DNA of 64,000 nt, from the NCBI GenBank assembly GCA_030592085.1, contig JAUUZV010000001.1, forward strand, positions 807 to 64,806, in the 5' to 3' direction. A model generated the notes under the pieces. The model was not told the origin of the DNA, made no database searches, and saw only the letters and a list, made by a program, of their open reading frames with translations. A program made the position numbers and the translations under genes. This document shows, one piece after another, positions 9,942 through 20,123 of the stretch (within the stretch, counting starts at the first letter, position 1; the number at the start of each line of letters is the position of its first letter). This DNA is from Clostridia bacterium (GTDB lineage: Bacteria > Bacillota > Clostridia > DUPQ01).

Positions 9942-10856
9942 TTACTCAAATGTAACAAAATCTTTAGCCATTAAACGGCCTTCTTTAATTATATCTTTGA
10001 TACTTAATAATCCAAAGATAACAATCATTAGTCCTATCGCGTCTAGTATTACACCTCCTGGAAATGTTGTTAATGCTGCTAAAACTACAGCTCCTCCTAC
10101 GAAGATTGCATTATTAACAGCATGAACTCCAATACTGAAAAGCAATCCTAAATTTCCAAACTTATATATAAAAATATTTAATATAAGTCTAAAAAGAGCA
10201 GCAAAAGCAAAAAGTCCTACGTTCATACTACCGTTATCGTTTAAATATGTATTATTAAATACGTGAAGAATAGCAAATAATACAACACTAAAAATCATAG
10301 ACATTGTAAAATCCCACACCTCATTACCTTTCTCTCCATAATCTAAATGTAAAAGTTTTCGTGTTCCAAGTCCAAGAACTAAACTACCCATTAAAACAAA
10401 ACCAAAACCAAGAACTATTTCTTCTATTACTGCTGCAGATAATACTGTAATAAAAAATACCCAAAAAGGAGATGTGGCAGCACTTAATGCTGAAAAAGTT
10501 TGACTACCTAATCCTACACCAAACTGAGCTAATGGTGCCATCACAAAAGGAGAATAAAAGTTCATACCCGTAAATGTTGAAAAACTAAAAAATATTAATA
10601 ATGAAATCACACCAAGAAACAACGCAAGAAATCCTCGTTCAGTTGTTCTATTAATAGGAATTTCAAACCAAAAATCAAGTTTTGCTAAATATTTAGCAAC
10701 GACGGCAATTAAAATAAAAACTACACCAATAATAAATAGCCATAAATATGCCACACCAGCTTCTAAGCCAAGTCGACTCAGCCAGTATAAACCAAAGAGT
10801 GCGAAAGTAAGAAATGTTGCAATTATTATATTGAATGGAAATTTTGAGTCTGTCAT
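9942..10856 (-). CDS. CPBP (Abi/CAAX-type) intramembrane glutamic protease
   Basis: Multi-TM with EE (IEEIVLG; canonical R absent), FxxxH (FAILH) and HxxxN (HAVNN) in the correct order. Confidence 0.7.
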   Translation of the reverse strand: MTDSKFPFNIIIATFLTFALFGLYWLSRLGLEAGVAYLWLFIIGVVFILIAVVAKYLAKLDFWFEIPINRTTERGFLALFLGVISLLIFFSFSTFTGMNFYSPFVMAPLAQFGVGLGSQTFSALSAATSPFWVFFITVLSAAVIEEIVLGFGFVLMGSLVLGLGTRKLLHLDYGEKGNEVWDFTMSMIFSVVLFAILHVFNNTYLNDNGSMNVGLFAFAALFRLILNIFIYKFGNLGLLFSIGVHAVNNAIFVGGAVVLAALTTFPGGVILDAIGLMIVIFGLLSIKDIIKEGRLMAKDFVTFE

Positions 10857-10880
10857 ATATGATCACCTAAGTTAAGTTGT

Positions 10881-10902
10881 AAAAAATAAAAAAAATAAAA
10901 AA
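10881..10902 (-). terminator. Oligo-T terminator
   Basis: T-runs split by single A just after the stop; same pattern at about 8851-8865, 12759-12786 and 62640-62654 (minus) and 17106-17122, 27103-27117 (plus). Confidence 0.6.
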
Positions 10903-10915
10903 TTTAACATTTCAA

Positions 10916-12013
10916 TTAAGAAATGTCATATTTAAACTTAGGCAAATTAGCAGTTGCTACAGCAGCCTGATTTGCAGCATCTGTCCAACATCCAACCTTA
11001 ACTGTATCTTTTTCTTTTACAGAATTATATTTACCTTCTGCACAAAATTCTACAATTGGGTCAGTTGAAGGATTAACACCAGCAGCTGATTCCATATACA
11101 AATCTATAAAAGATTCTCTGTCACCAATACTACCGATTTCGTAGGCATACTCAAAACCCGAATATTTACGAAGATCATCTGGCATCATGCTTTGCATAAC
11201 ATCTACTAATTTTTGTCCACCATCTCTAGCTACGATTGGTTCATCCCATTCTGAGCCATCTGCATCAACCAACATCCAAACTTTTAAACCATCTTCACCA
11301 AATTGGTTTTTAGTATTGTTTGTTTTAATGTAGATTCGTGAATCTAGATATCCATCGGTACCAATAGTTAATGCAGTAGCACCAGCTTGATCAGCAATTG
11401 TGTCTTGTGTTCCATCAAAAGCTACATATCCTGTACCTGCTGCGGTAGTTCCAGCATTACCTGAATTGTTAAAGAAAGTTGATCCACCAGAATACTTATC
11501 TTCTACCTTAAATTTAGGTGAGTCGATAGCTTTTCCAACTAAATCACGCTTAACAAAAGCGCCACTTGCAACAAAACCTTCAGCTTCTTCAGCACTTGAA
11601 TAAGCATCTTGACTTGTTATAGCAACAGCACGCCATTTTGTACCTGATGTAAGACAAGGTAAATCAACTGCAGCTGAATATGAGCCATCTGTTGCTAGAG
11701 CACCTGAAGTAACTCTTTCCTGTCCTTCACTTTGAGGTATAAAATATACTGTTGGATCTCCGTATGTTATTACAGAAGCAAGACTTTCTTGGTATCTTAC
11801 TTGTCCACTTGTTGTTGAATCATCTGGGCAACTTACAATAGCCCCCACTGACTGAATACCTGTTTCTGTCAAAGCATCTTGCGGTGCAATTGTAGCAGCT
11901 GCAGGTCCAGTTGTTCTAGCGACAAAAACTATACTAGTAACTAAGATTGCAAGAGCAATTAGAACTAATATTGTCATACCGGTAGAAACTCCACCTTTCT
12001 TATTTCCTAACAT
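10916..12013 (-). CDS. Putative major coat/envelope protein, paralog A, class III (pilin-like) signal
   Basis: MLGNKKG/GVST plus hydrophobic helix; first gene after the control region; own oligo-T terminator. The structural role is inferred. Confidence 0.6.
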   Translation of the reverse strand: MLGNKKGGVSTGMTILVLIALAILVTSIVFVARTTGPAAATIAPQDALTETGIQSVGAIVSCPDDSTTSGQVRYQESLASVITYGDPTVYFIPQSEGQERVTSGALATDGSYSAAVDLPCLTSGTKWRAVAITSQDAYSSAEEAEGFVASGAFVKRDLVGKAIDSPKFKVEDKYSGGSTFFNNSGNAGTTAAGTGYVAFDGTQDTIADQAGATALTIGTDGYLDSRIYIKTNNTKNQFGEDGLKVWMLVDADGSEWDEPIVARDGGQKLVDVMQSMMPDDLRKYSGFEYAYEIGSIGDRESFIDLYMESAAGVNPSTDPIVEFCAEGKYNSVKEKDTVKVGCWTDAANQAAVATANLPKFKYDIS

Positions 12014-12203
12014 TTTATTTTTTAAAGCAGATTTTTAAGAGACCTTTTTAATATGCATGTCAAAACATAGACGTTATAAAACACTTGTGTTCAACAAACA
12101 TAATCCCCTGATTTCATCTTTAAAATTTATCACTGCTTAACGATATATTTTGTTGACAAAATCAAATATTTACTATTTTTACGATATATCTATATACATT
12201 AGA

Positions 12204-12222
12204 AATTATATATAACCTTTGG
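12204..12222 (-). promoter_or_regulatory. Archaeal BRE/TATA promoter of the envelope operon
   Basis: Minus strand reads CCAAAGGTTATATATAATT. Confidence 0.5.
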
Positions 12223-12413
12223 CTCTCCAGAACCATCAGACTCTTAAAGGTTCGTTCATTCCTGGACAATAAAAAACACAGGGGGCTTTATACGTACTTC
12301 CATACTTATAAAAACATATATTTATATATGATGAAGTATTCAGCAAGGTTTTATAAATGATGAAATCTACAGAATACAAATGTTTAAATACTATAAAATA
12401 GTATTTTTGAACT

Positions 12414-12758
12414 ATGAATTATCAAATTTTTATTATTCTAACCATAATCCATATATTATTTATGTTAATAATTTTCACAATAAATCATTTTTTTGATGAT
12501 AATTTAATAATGAAAATATTTGCATATTTTAGTGCTTTTAGTTTAAACATAATAACCTTCTATATTTTTATTTATATCATAAACATAGCACAATCATTAA
12601 TACTACTTAATTATTTCTTAATTACATCCATAATTTTTATAATATATTTTATACTTAATGAAGACTGGCTATTTAGAATTAATAAAATCTTAAATTTGGT
12701 ACTAATGAGTTTATTAGGAATTACTATTTATTTTACTTTTATAATTTTAACATTCTAG
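12414..12758 (+). CDS. Very hydrophobic 4-TM protein
   Basis: TTTAAATA box about 25 nt upstream (leaderless); extremely AT-rich. Confidence 0.55.
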   Translation: MNYQIFIILTIIHILFMLIIFTINHFFDDNLIMKIFAYFSAFSLNIITFYIFIYIINIAQSLILLNYFLITSIIFIIYFILNEDWLFRINKILNLVLMSLLGITIYFTFIILTF

Positions 12759-12786
12759 AAATAAAAAAATAAAAAAATAAAAAAAA

Positions 12787-13191
12787 TTACTTAGTAATTT
12801 TTTCAAGCTTTGCTTTATCTTTGATAATTCTATCTTCAAGTTTTTTCTTAGTTTCAGCATCTTTTACTGCGTTCTGAGCTTTTCGATTCTCATCTTTAGC
12901 TGCTTTTAAAACTTTCTTAGCTTCTACTTCAACAGCTTTAGCGCCCTTTCTCTTATAATATGCTCTAGTTTTTTCAACCTTAATTTTCTTAAAAGCTGCT
13001 AATTCTTTAGTATATGCTTTAACAATCTCTTTTTGTTTAGCATCCCAAATTTTATATGTAGGTAATCTAGTTACAGTACCATCACTTTGAACTGTATATC
13101 TATAACCTTCTTCTACTTCAATTTTTTGATCTGTTTTTTCCGCTGGTATCGGAAATGCTGGTTTTACTGGTTTTTCATTTTCTTCTGCCAT
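12787..13191 (-). CDS. Lys/Ala-rich basic protein, possibly nucleic-acid binding
   Basis: Start MAEEN after GAGGGG; own promoter (AAAAGTATATAAA, 13233-13245 minus) and terminator. Confidence 0.7.
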   Translation of the reverse strand: MAEENEKPVKPAFPIPAEKTDQKIEVEEGYRYTVQSDGTVTRLPTYKIWDAKQKEIVKAYTKELAAFKKIKVEKTRAYYKRKGAKAVEVEAKKVLKAAKDENRKAQNAVKDAETKKKLEDRIIKDKAKLEKITK

Positions 13192-13430
13192 TTTCCCCTC
13201 CTTAAGGTTTTTAATAAATGAAAGTTTTATCATTTATATACTTTTAGATTCTCAAGAGATAATATCATAATATGTAATAGTTTTTTTCATTTATTTATTT
13301 TTTTTTCATTAAAAAATAAATAATTTTGATCTACATTAAAAAAATTATAACTAACTAATATACATATTCAAAAATAACAATATATTTAAATACAAAATTC
13401 TTAAAAAATATATAATCAGGGGATGTATGC

Positions 13431-13691
13431 ATGGAAAATGAAGCAGACATATATAAATATTATATAGGTAAAAGAGTTCGTATAACAAAACAACTGGCTA
13501 ATGGTAAAAATTTTTTCTATAGAGGCTTAGCAACTAAATTAATTAATAATAAATTAATTATTAATGATAAATATGTTGGCCAAATAGTAATAGCTTTTGA
13601 TGAAATTAAATTAATAGAAGTTATGTCACATAAATTAGATGACTTTAAAGATGTTCTGCCAGAAAATACGGACGATAAAAAAAATGAATGA
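13431..13691 (+). CDS. Small Sm/LSm-like protein
   Basis: IGKRVRI...YRG...LIINDK...IVIAFDEIKLIE pattern. Confidence 0.5.
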   Translation: MENEADIYKYYIGKRVRITKQLANGKNFFYRGLATKLINNKLIINDKYVGQIVIAFDEIKLIEVMSHKLDDFKDVLPENTDDKKNE

Positions 13692-16377
13692 AATATTTAA
13701 TGTAAACGATGTCGAAAAAACATTTCAATTAACCAACTATGATGAAATAGAAATACGTGTTATTGAACCTAAAAAAGGTTCAAAAAACATTAAAACATTT
13801 CATACTCACAACAAACAAGATTTTATTAATAAAGCTAAAGAATTCTCAGGACAATCAATAAATCAAATTTATCATAGTGTATTCTTTGGAGTTAACGAAA
13901 GAAAAAAAGGTTGTAGTAAAGAAAAAGATATTTTCAAAGTAAATATTCTTCCTATCGATTTAGATTACAAAAGAGAATCATATACTAGTACTACTGATGA
14001 ACAAGTAAAATATACTATTGAAATAGGTCACAAATTAAGACAGTGGTTTATTGATAATAACTTTGAAGCTCCTTCTATGTCAATGAGTGGAAATGGAGTT
14101 GGATTATACCTAAAAGTACCGGCTATTCCTTTCAAAAACAATGAAGCTATGCTTGATTTTAAAGCTAAGTGGACATTATTTACTAAAAAAATACGAAAAA
14201 TTATAACAAATATGACTGATAAAGTTGAAGTTGATTACATACAAGATCTAAGTAGAATATTTAAAATTGTAGGAACTATGTCTGTAAAAGGAAATAAACA
14301 CAGACTAACAAAATGGATTGAATATAATAATAAAGAAGATGAAAACTTAAAAGAATATATTATGCAAATGGACGCTGAAGAAGAAAAAACCAAACCAATT
14401 GAAGTTAAACCTTTAAGTAAAGATATGTTAAAAAAAATCATTGAAGATGCTAATATTCAAGAATTACTAAATATGAAAGGAGAACAGGGAAAAAGAAGTG
14501 AGTTAGAACAAAAATTATTTAATAAGTTAGTACTAAAAGGAATAACTGATTTTAAACAATTAGACGCTATTATGAGTACTTGTAAGATTGGTAAATGGCA
14601 AGAAGGAACCAAATCTTATAAAGAGCATACATATAAAAATTCTTTAGCGTTTGTTGCTAAACTTAAAAAAAATAAGCCAAAACAAACTGGAAGTTATATC
14701 AGTGTTGAATTAAGCGATAATAGATATTTAATTAATAATAAATCAGGAATTTTTATACAAAAAGAACAGTATGATAAAAATAAAAAAGAACCATTTTATA
14801 CAAAAGAAAGAACAATTCATACTTGGCATATAGAAAAAGTAATTGTTGAACTATCCGCATACATGGATGACTTCTATTTTAAAATATTTGTTACTGATAA
14901 CAAACACAAACGAGAATTAAAAGGAACTATTGATGAAGTAGCTGAACTATTTAAAAAAATTCCTGGTTGTTGTGAATCTAGAAGTGTAAAAGATTGTATG
15001 TCACATCTGGTTAGTTTTTTGCAAACAGAAGAACGAGTAGAAATTGAAAAAAATCCTTTAACAACTGCGTTTGGGTTTGCTTATGATAAAGAAAATAAAA
15101 AAATAATTATAAAAGATGTGCTTCAAAACACTAAAATGGTTGAAGAAGTCACAAAAGAACAACTAAAAAAAGGTTTAGACGCCCTGTTTACTATTATAGA
15201 TAGTTATAATAAATCAGAATCACATAGAAATGAGTTAATAAGAATCATGGCAACTGGTTTGATTTATCCGTTTGGTTATATAAGAAAACAAATGTTACAG
15301 TTAGCTCCATTTGTAATTGTAAATGGACCATCAGGAACTGGAAAGACTTTAAGTGGTGATGTTATTCTTTGTATGTGGGGTTGTTGGGGTAAAAGAGGTT
15401 TTGAACATTCTGGAAGTACTGTTAATGGAGCTTATCAATTAGCAAAAAAATGTAGTGAAAATACAATGTTCTTATTGATAAACGAAGCTGGACAGTTTTT
15501 AGCTAAATTCTCTGAAAATAACGAGATCACAGAATTGTTAAAAAATATGGTTGAATCTCCATTCCCAATACGAGATAAAAAAAGTGGAATGTTTATTTCT
15601 TTTAGGACTCCTTTCTTAACTGCCAACTATCCTTTTAAATTTAGTACTGATGCGTTAAGATTAAAGACTTTAGTGTTCTCTTTTGAGAACGATTTTACAC
15701 ATTCAGGTGATGAAAGAGCAGAAGTAATGCAATTATTAAGTTCATCTGAAAGAGATTTATCTTATATTGGTTCTTGGCTAACAAATAAAGTATCACAACA
15801 TGATAAAAAATATTTTGATATTATTACACAGAAAGATTATGCAAAAGCTTCTATGGATTTACTTAAAGAGTTGCTTGCTGATTCTGGAATGAATCATGAT
15901 TTACCAACACCTCCAGTAGTAGGGTCTTACATAAATAATGAAACTACATCATTTTGGGAAAATATGATTGATTATATGAGAATAGAAATAATAAAAAGAG
16001 CTAAACAAGTTGCAAGTATTGATGAATCAAAAGAAGGATTAAATGTAAGACAGTGTATAGATATAATTATAGATAAAAATAATTTACCTACTTGGTTAAT
16101 AACTATTCACAAAGATGTGGAATTAAAAGTACTTGTACCTGCTGAAATTCAACAATATGTGCAGACATTCTCTAAAGAAACCTTTGAAATGGGAGTTTAT
16201 GAGAAAGAAGTAAAAAATAGAGATGGTTATGATTATGTAAAAAGTAAAAATGTGCGTGTGCACGGTAAATCTACCAAAAAAAGTGGCATGTATGTGTTAA
16301 AGTCAAAATTTGTTGAGTTATTCGAAGAGCGTGCGCACCTTGAAAAACAAAAAACATTGTCTAATTCTGCACCATAA
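13684..16377 (+). CDS. Primase (AEP-like)-helicase fusion
   Basis: N-terminal FGVNER, IDLD, SGNG, DLSRIFKIVGT; C-terminal Walker A GPSGTGKT, Walker B LLINE, and FLTAN. Confidence 0.8.
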   Translation: MNEIFNVNDVEKTFQLTNYDEIEIRVIEPKKGSKNIKTFHTHNKQDFINKAKEFSGQSINQIYHSVFFGVNERKKGCSKEKDIFKVNILPIDLDYKRESYTSTTDEQVKYTIEIGHKLRQWFIDNNFEAPSMSMSGNGVGLYLKVPAIPFKNNEAMLDFKAKWTLFTKKIRKIITNMTDKVEVDYIQDLSRIFKIVGTMSVKGNKHRLTKWIEYNNKEDENLKEYIMQMDAEEEKTKPIEVKPLSKDMLKKIIEDANIQELLNMKGEQGKRSELEQKLFNKLVLKGITDFKQLDAIMSTCKIGKWQEGTKSYKEHTYKNSLAFVAKLKKNKPKQTGSYISVELSDNRYLINNKSGIFIQKEQYDKNKKEPFYTKERTIHTWHIEKVIVELSAYMDDFYFKIFVTDNKHKRELKGTIDEVAELFKKIPGCCESRSVKDCMSHLVSFLQTEERVEIEKNPLTTAFGFAYDKENKKIIIKDVLQNTKMVEEVTKEQLKKGLDALFTIIDSYNKSESHRNELIRIMATGLIYPFGYIRKQMLQLAPFVIVNGPSGTGKTLSGDVILCMWGCWGKRGFEHSGSTVNGAYQLAKKCSENTMFLLINEAGQFLAKFSENNEITELLKNMVESPFPIRDKKSGMFISFRTPFLTANYPFKFSTDALRLKTLVFSFENDFTHSGDERAEVMQLLSSSERDLSYIGSWLTNKVSQHDKKYFDIITQKDYAKASMDLLKELLADSGMNHDLPTPPVVGSYINNETTSFWENMIDYMRIEIIKRAKQVASIDESKEGLNVRQCIDIIIDKNNLPTWLITIHKDVELKVLVPAEIQQYVQTFSKETFEMGVYEKEVKNRDGYDYVKSKNVRVHGKSTKKSGMYVLKSKFVELFEERAHLEKQKTLSNSAP

Positions 16378-16464
16378 AACTCTTTTAGGTAAGCACGTTA
16401 CGCCTAATATGCCCGCAAAAAAACCAACGTCCTTATATTATTTTACAAAGTTCTATTTTATCAT

Positions 16465-16592
16465 GGGAGCACCCGGGAGCATCGTAACCATTATGCTCAA
16501 CGGGCTTAACGGGCTTACCCTGCTTACCGCGCTTACTACGCTTACTCCCCTTTATATATAAATATTTAATAATAATAATAAATATATATATA
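16465..16592. repeat. Putative replication origin: 9-bp iterons plus AT-rich element
   Basis: Six tandem nnnGCT(T/C)A(A/C) units at 16492-16545, GGGAGCA twice, then a pure A/T tract at 16551-16592. Confidence 0.6.
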
Positions 16593-16727
16593 AGAACAGT
16601 TTCTTTATGATGTGATTGTTGGAGGAGCAACAAACATATAAATCAACGAATTATTATGGAATAAAGATGTACAAAAAATCATAATTTTTTTGTTAAAAAA
16701 ATAAAACCAAATGGAGGAAATTAAAAA

Positions 16728-17105
16728 ATGAAAAGAGTAGAATTACTAAAGATTGATGTAGATAAGTATGTAAACGATAAAGCCCAGATTGTTTCAGCTG
16801 AGGTAGTTAAGTTGAAATTTGGAACAGTAATAAAAGTTTTAACAAACCCGTTAGAACTTAAAGGAGATGATAAGCTCCCAGAAGGTCGTCATTTGACTGG
16901 AAGTATTTTATTAGGATTGGTAGATTCAGATGAAGGTTTGGCTATTGGAATAGATGGTAAATCTGAAAAATGGTTAATTGCTCATGGAGTAGATGTGACA
17001 AAAGATATTCCAGATGACTTAAAGATTGGAGATCAATGCAAAGCACTTCTTGGAAAAGATGTAGTTGTTCAAAAGAATACTGGCGGTTTCTTAGAAATTG
17101 CTTAA
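16728..17105 (+). CDS. Hypothetical protein, possible ssDNA-binding protein
   Basis: Strong GGAGG RBS, own terminator, beta-rich; position next to the helicase. Confidence 0.4.
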   Translation: MKRVELLKIDVDKYVNDKAQIVSAEVVKLKFGTVIKVLTNPLELKGDDKLPEGRHLTGSILLGLVDSDEGLAIGIDGKSEKWLIAHGVDVTKDIPDDLKIGDQCKALLGKDVVVQKNTGGFLEIA

Positions 17106-17125
17106 TTTTTTTTATTTTTTTTAAA

Positions 17126-17518
17126 ATGCGAAATGATGGTGTTAATTATGAAGAACATATTAACAAGTTTTTTAAAGGAACGAACGTGTCTAATATACAT
17201 AATTACTGTGATATAGAGACTAAAAGTTCGTTATATGAAGTAAAAGGATGTAAAATATACTTAGAAAACAAGACTGGGTCAATGAGTTTAGGAAGATACC
17301 AAATAAATTTTGATAATCACAAACAATTAAAACAAGAAGCTGATAAGTTAAATAAAAAAGCAAAATATGTTTTTTTGTTAAGAATTGACAGACAAAAAAT
17401 ATTTAAAACAATGTCGTGGTTGGTAGTAAATCATATATTATTATTAGAAGGTCGAGAATTTAAAAAAGAAGATAGTGAAACAAAAATGTATAATATAAGA
17501 TTAAGGAGCGTGTGGTAA
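17126..17518 (+). CDS. PD-(D/E)xK-like nuclease
   Basis: E...CD-x7-EVK motif (NYEE...CDIETKSSLYEVKG). Confidence 0.5.
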   Translation: MRNDGVNYEEHINKFFKGTNVSNIHNYCDIETKSSLYEVKGCKIYLENKTGSMSLGRYQINFDNHKQLKQEADKLNKKAKYVFLLRIDRQKIFKTMSWLVVNHILLLEGREFKKEDSETKMYNIRLRSVW

Positions 17519-17519
17519 A

Positions 17520-17909
17520 ATGTTTAAATTAAAAAAAGAATTTAATATTAGTTGTAGTCATAGACTTTTTGATATGGATGCGTCAGATGAAACAAATAGT
17601 ATAATTTTTGGTAGATGTTGTAAAAATCATGGGCACAATTATAAAATAATTCTTTATCTTAAATCTGACTCATTAAAGCATGGTATGTTATTAAATTTTA
17701 ATGAAATAAAAGACATTTTCAACTTACATATAGATAATGTATATGATCATAAATTTTTGAATGATTGTCCTGGTTTTGAAAACGTTATACCAACTGCAGA
17801 AAATATGTGTAAAGTGTTTTTTAATAAGCTTAAAGTACATTTATCGACTTTATATGCTGTAGAAATATATGAAACAGAAGGTGCTTCTGCTATTTATGAG
17901 GATGATTAA
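17520..17909 (+). CDS. queD: 6-carboxytetrahydropterin synthase
   Basis: SHRL, CxxxHGHNY, DHKFLND, PTAEN, ET. Confidence 0.92.
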   Translation: MFKLKKEFNISCSHRLFDMDASDETNSIIFGRCCKNHGHNYKIILYLKSDSLKHGMLLNFNEIKDIFNLHIDNVYDHKFLNDCPGFENVIPTAENMCKVFFNKLKVHLSTLYAVEIYETEGASAIYEDD

Positions 17910-17910
17910 A

Positions 17911-18495
17911 ATGAAAGTGAATGAAATGTTTGAATCGTTGCAAGGCGAAGGTCGTTTTGTTGGATATCCTGTTATGTTTATTAGAATGTCAGGGTGTAAT
18001 AGGTCTTGCGTCTTTTGCGACACATCTTATCATAACGAAGGAGAAGAACTGTCAGTAGAACAAATGGTTAAAAAGATAGATAAAAGTAATATGAATATTA
18101 TTATTTTTACTGGAGGAGAACCTATGATGCAGTTCGATGATATTATAAAAGTTATTGAACAAACAAAAGATAAACAATATCATATTGAAACTAATGGTGA
18201 TTTATTAGTTCCTGAAAGTTATTTTGATTATGTATGTTTTTCACCTAAAAGTGAAGAAGGTTTAAATAAAGCATTAGGATATCCTGGTATATGTGATATA
18301 AAAGTAGTTACAGATTTAAATTTAAATAAAAATATGTTAGAGTCAGCGACGATGATAATGCCGTTAACAACTATATCAGATATTAAAAATTTAAAAATTA
18401 AACAACAAGTATGGAAGTATTGTGAGAAACATAACAAGCGATATGCACCTAGACTTCATGTGGATGTTTGGGGAATGTCTAAACGAGGAGTTTAA
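17911..18495 (+). CDS. queE: 7-carboxy-7-deazaguanine synthase (radical SAM)
   Basis: EMFESLQGEG, FIRMSGCNRSCVFCDT, TGGEP, IETNG, SPK, PRLH. Confidence 0.93.
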   Translation: MKVNEMFESLQGEGRFVGYPVMFIRMSGCNRSCVFCDTSYHNEGEELSVEQMVKKIDKSNMNIIIFTGGEPMMQFDDIIKVIEQTKDKQYHIETNGDLLVPESYFDYVCFSPKSEEGLNKALGYPGICDIKVVTDLNLNKNMLESATMIMPLTTISDIKNLKIKQQVWKYCEKHNKRYAPRLHVDVWGMSKRGV

Positions 18496-18885
18496 ATGAG
18501 AGATAATACAGATAATCTAAACAAAATGTATATTAGTTGGGAACAGTTTGGTATTGATATTGATAAATTAGCAAATCTTATTAGTTTAGAAGCTAGAGAG
18601 TTTGATAGCATTTATGGAATACCTCGTAATGGCACTATTATATCTAGTATTCTATCAAAAATGTTAAATTTGAAAATGGTTGATTATCCAGACTCCACTA
18701 GAACTCTTATAGTTGACGATATTTCGGATTCAGGAAAAACCTTAAAGGAATATAAGAACAAATTTAACGGTAATGTGATAGCTTGTATTTTTTATCGACA
18801 AAATACAGAAATAATGCCAGATATAGTTGTATATGATGCACAAAAAGATTGGATTGTATTTCCTTTTGAATTAAATGAAAAATAA
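18496..18885 (+). CDS. Type I purine phosphoribosyltransferase (Gpt-like)
   Basis: GIPRNG, PRPP loop LIVDDISDSGKTL, WIVFPFE. Confidence 0.88.
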   Translation: MRDNTDNLNKMYISWEQFGIDIDKLANLISLEAREFDSIYGIPRNGTIISSILSKMLNLKMVDYPDSTRTLIVDDISDSGKTLKEYKNKFNGNVIACIFYRQNTEIMPDIVVYDAQKDWIVFPFELNEK

Positions 18886-18899
18886 TTAATATAATAAAA

Positions 18900-19307
18900 A
18901 TGGCATCTGAAATGATCAATAACGAAGAATTAAACAATATGATACCTAAAGATCGTCACTCTGTTTTTAAAAAATTATCAGCAGAGGAAATAAGAAACTT
19001 ACATCCATCATATGTTAAAGTCATTGAAGAAAGTGGTATTACAGTTGAAGAGTATTTAGAACGAGTAAGAACAAAAAAATATCAAAAAAATAATAATCAA
19101 AAAATGAATGAACAACAAATGAATGATTTGGTAGATAAAGAAGTTGAGAAGGTAAAACAGCGGGATAAAACTGATGTTTTGAATAAGATTAAACACGCAA
19201 AACCACCTAAATCCGGCTCAAGGTTTGAAGATGTGTTAAAAGGTTATGAAGAAAAATATAAATATAAGTACAAGCGATTTGTCAAAGATTACAGGAATTC
19301 ATCTTAG
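18900..19307 (+). CDS. Hypothetical protein
   Basis: ORF track. Confidence 0.6.
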   Translation: MASEMINNEELNNMIPKDRHSVFKKLSAEEIRNLHPSYVKVIEESGITVEEYLERVRTKKYQKNNNQKMNEQQMNDLVDKEVEKVKQRDKTDVLNKIKHAKPPKSGSRFEDVLKGYEEKYKYKYKRFVKDYRNSS

Positions 19308-19382
19308 TTATGTTTCACGATTAAAGAAACAAGTTAAGGAATATTTAGAAGATCAAAATAAAAAACATTAAATGAGGTAAAA

Positions 19383-19877
19383 ATGATACAAAATCCAGAA
19401 ATGATTATAGAAAAAGATTTTGTTTCTCCAGTTACAGAGGAACAAATACAAATGAATGGAATTGATTTGAGAGTTGAAAGTGTACAGTCTATTGAAGGTG
19501 TTGTTTCTATATTTAAAGATAGTAAACAGTTGCCAAATTATATAAATATAAAGAGTGAAGTTAATTTAAATAAAGGAAAAATTTGGAAATTAGAACCTGG
19601 TAAAGCTTATCTTTTACAAATAGCAGAAACAATAAAAATACCAGAAGGAATGTGTGCTATGGTTTGGATGCGTTCAACCTTTAATAGAAGTGGAATTCCT
19701 ATCTTTGCCTGTGTTTTTGATTCAGGTTATGAAGGCAAACCAACATTCACAGCATATCCTACAATTCCTTTGTATTTAGAAAAAGGAACAAGGGTGGCTC
19801 AGATAGTTTATTTTAATGCTGATACTGCTAAAATGTATGTTGGTCAGTATCAAGGAGAAGGAATAAAAAAAGAATGA
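19383..19877 (+). CDS. Trimeric dUTPase/dCTP deaminase family protein
   Basis: QMNGIDLRV, RSTFNRSG, DSGYEG, RVAQ, YVGQYQ. Confidence 0.88.
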   Translation: MIQNPEMIIEKDFVSPVTEEQIQMNGIDLRVESVQSIEGVVSIFKDSKQLPNYINIKSEVNLNKGKIWKLEPGKAYLLQIAETIKIPEGMCAMVWMRSTFNRSGIPIFACVFDSGYEGKPTFTAYPTIPLYLEKGTRVAQIVYFNADTAKMYVGQYQGEGIKKE

Positions 19878-19892
19878 ATGAGGTAATATAAA

Positions 19893-20123
19893 ATGAAAAA
19901 AATGAATACTTTAAGTAGGGCAACAATTTATGTGCATCGAAATCATGAAATGAGAGAAAAAGGAAGACTCAAATTTTTTAAACATGAAAGAATTAGGATT
20001 GAAATTAAATTAAAAAATAAAGAAAAAGCTGATTTCATTTATGCTGATGAGCTACAGAAATATCTAGCCGAAAATTTTGAATATGGAACAAAGTTAGAAA
20101 AGGAGGAGAAAAAAGATGAATAA
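19893..20123 (+). CDS. Hypothetical protein
   Basis: GAGGT RBS. Confidence 0.55.
   Translation: MKKMNTLSRATIYVHRNHEMREKGRLKFFKHERIRIEIKLKNKEKADFIYADELQKYLAENFEYGTKLEKEEKKDE

Noticed and set aside
12014..12200. Structured leader or riboswitch upstream of the coat-like gene
   Set aside because: Only short AT-rich complementarities (AAGCAG/CTGCTT), which are expected by chance
16310..16633. ORFs 16310-16561 (+) and 16433-16633 (-)
   Set aside because: Low-complexity translations of the iteron array with no clear RBS
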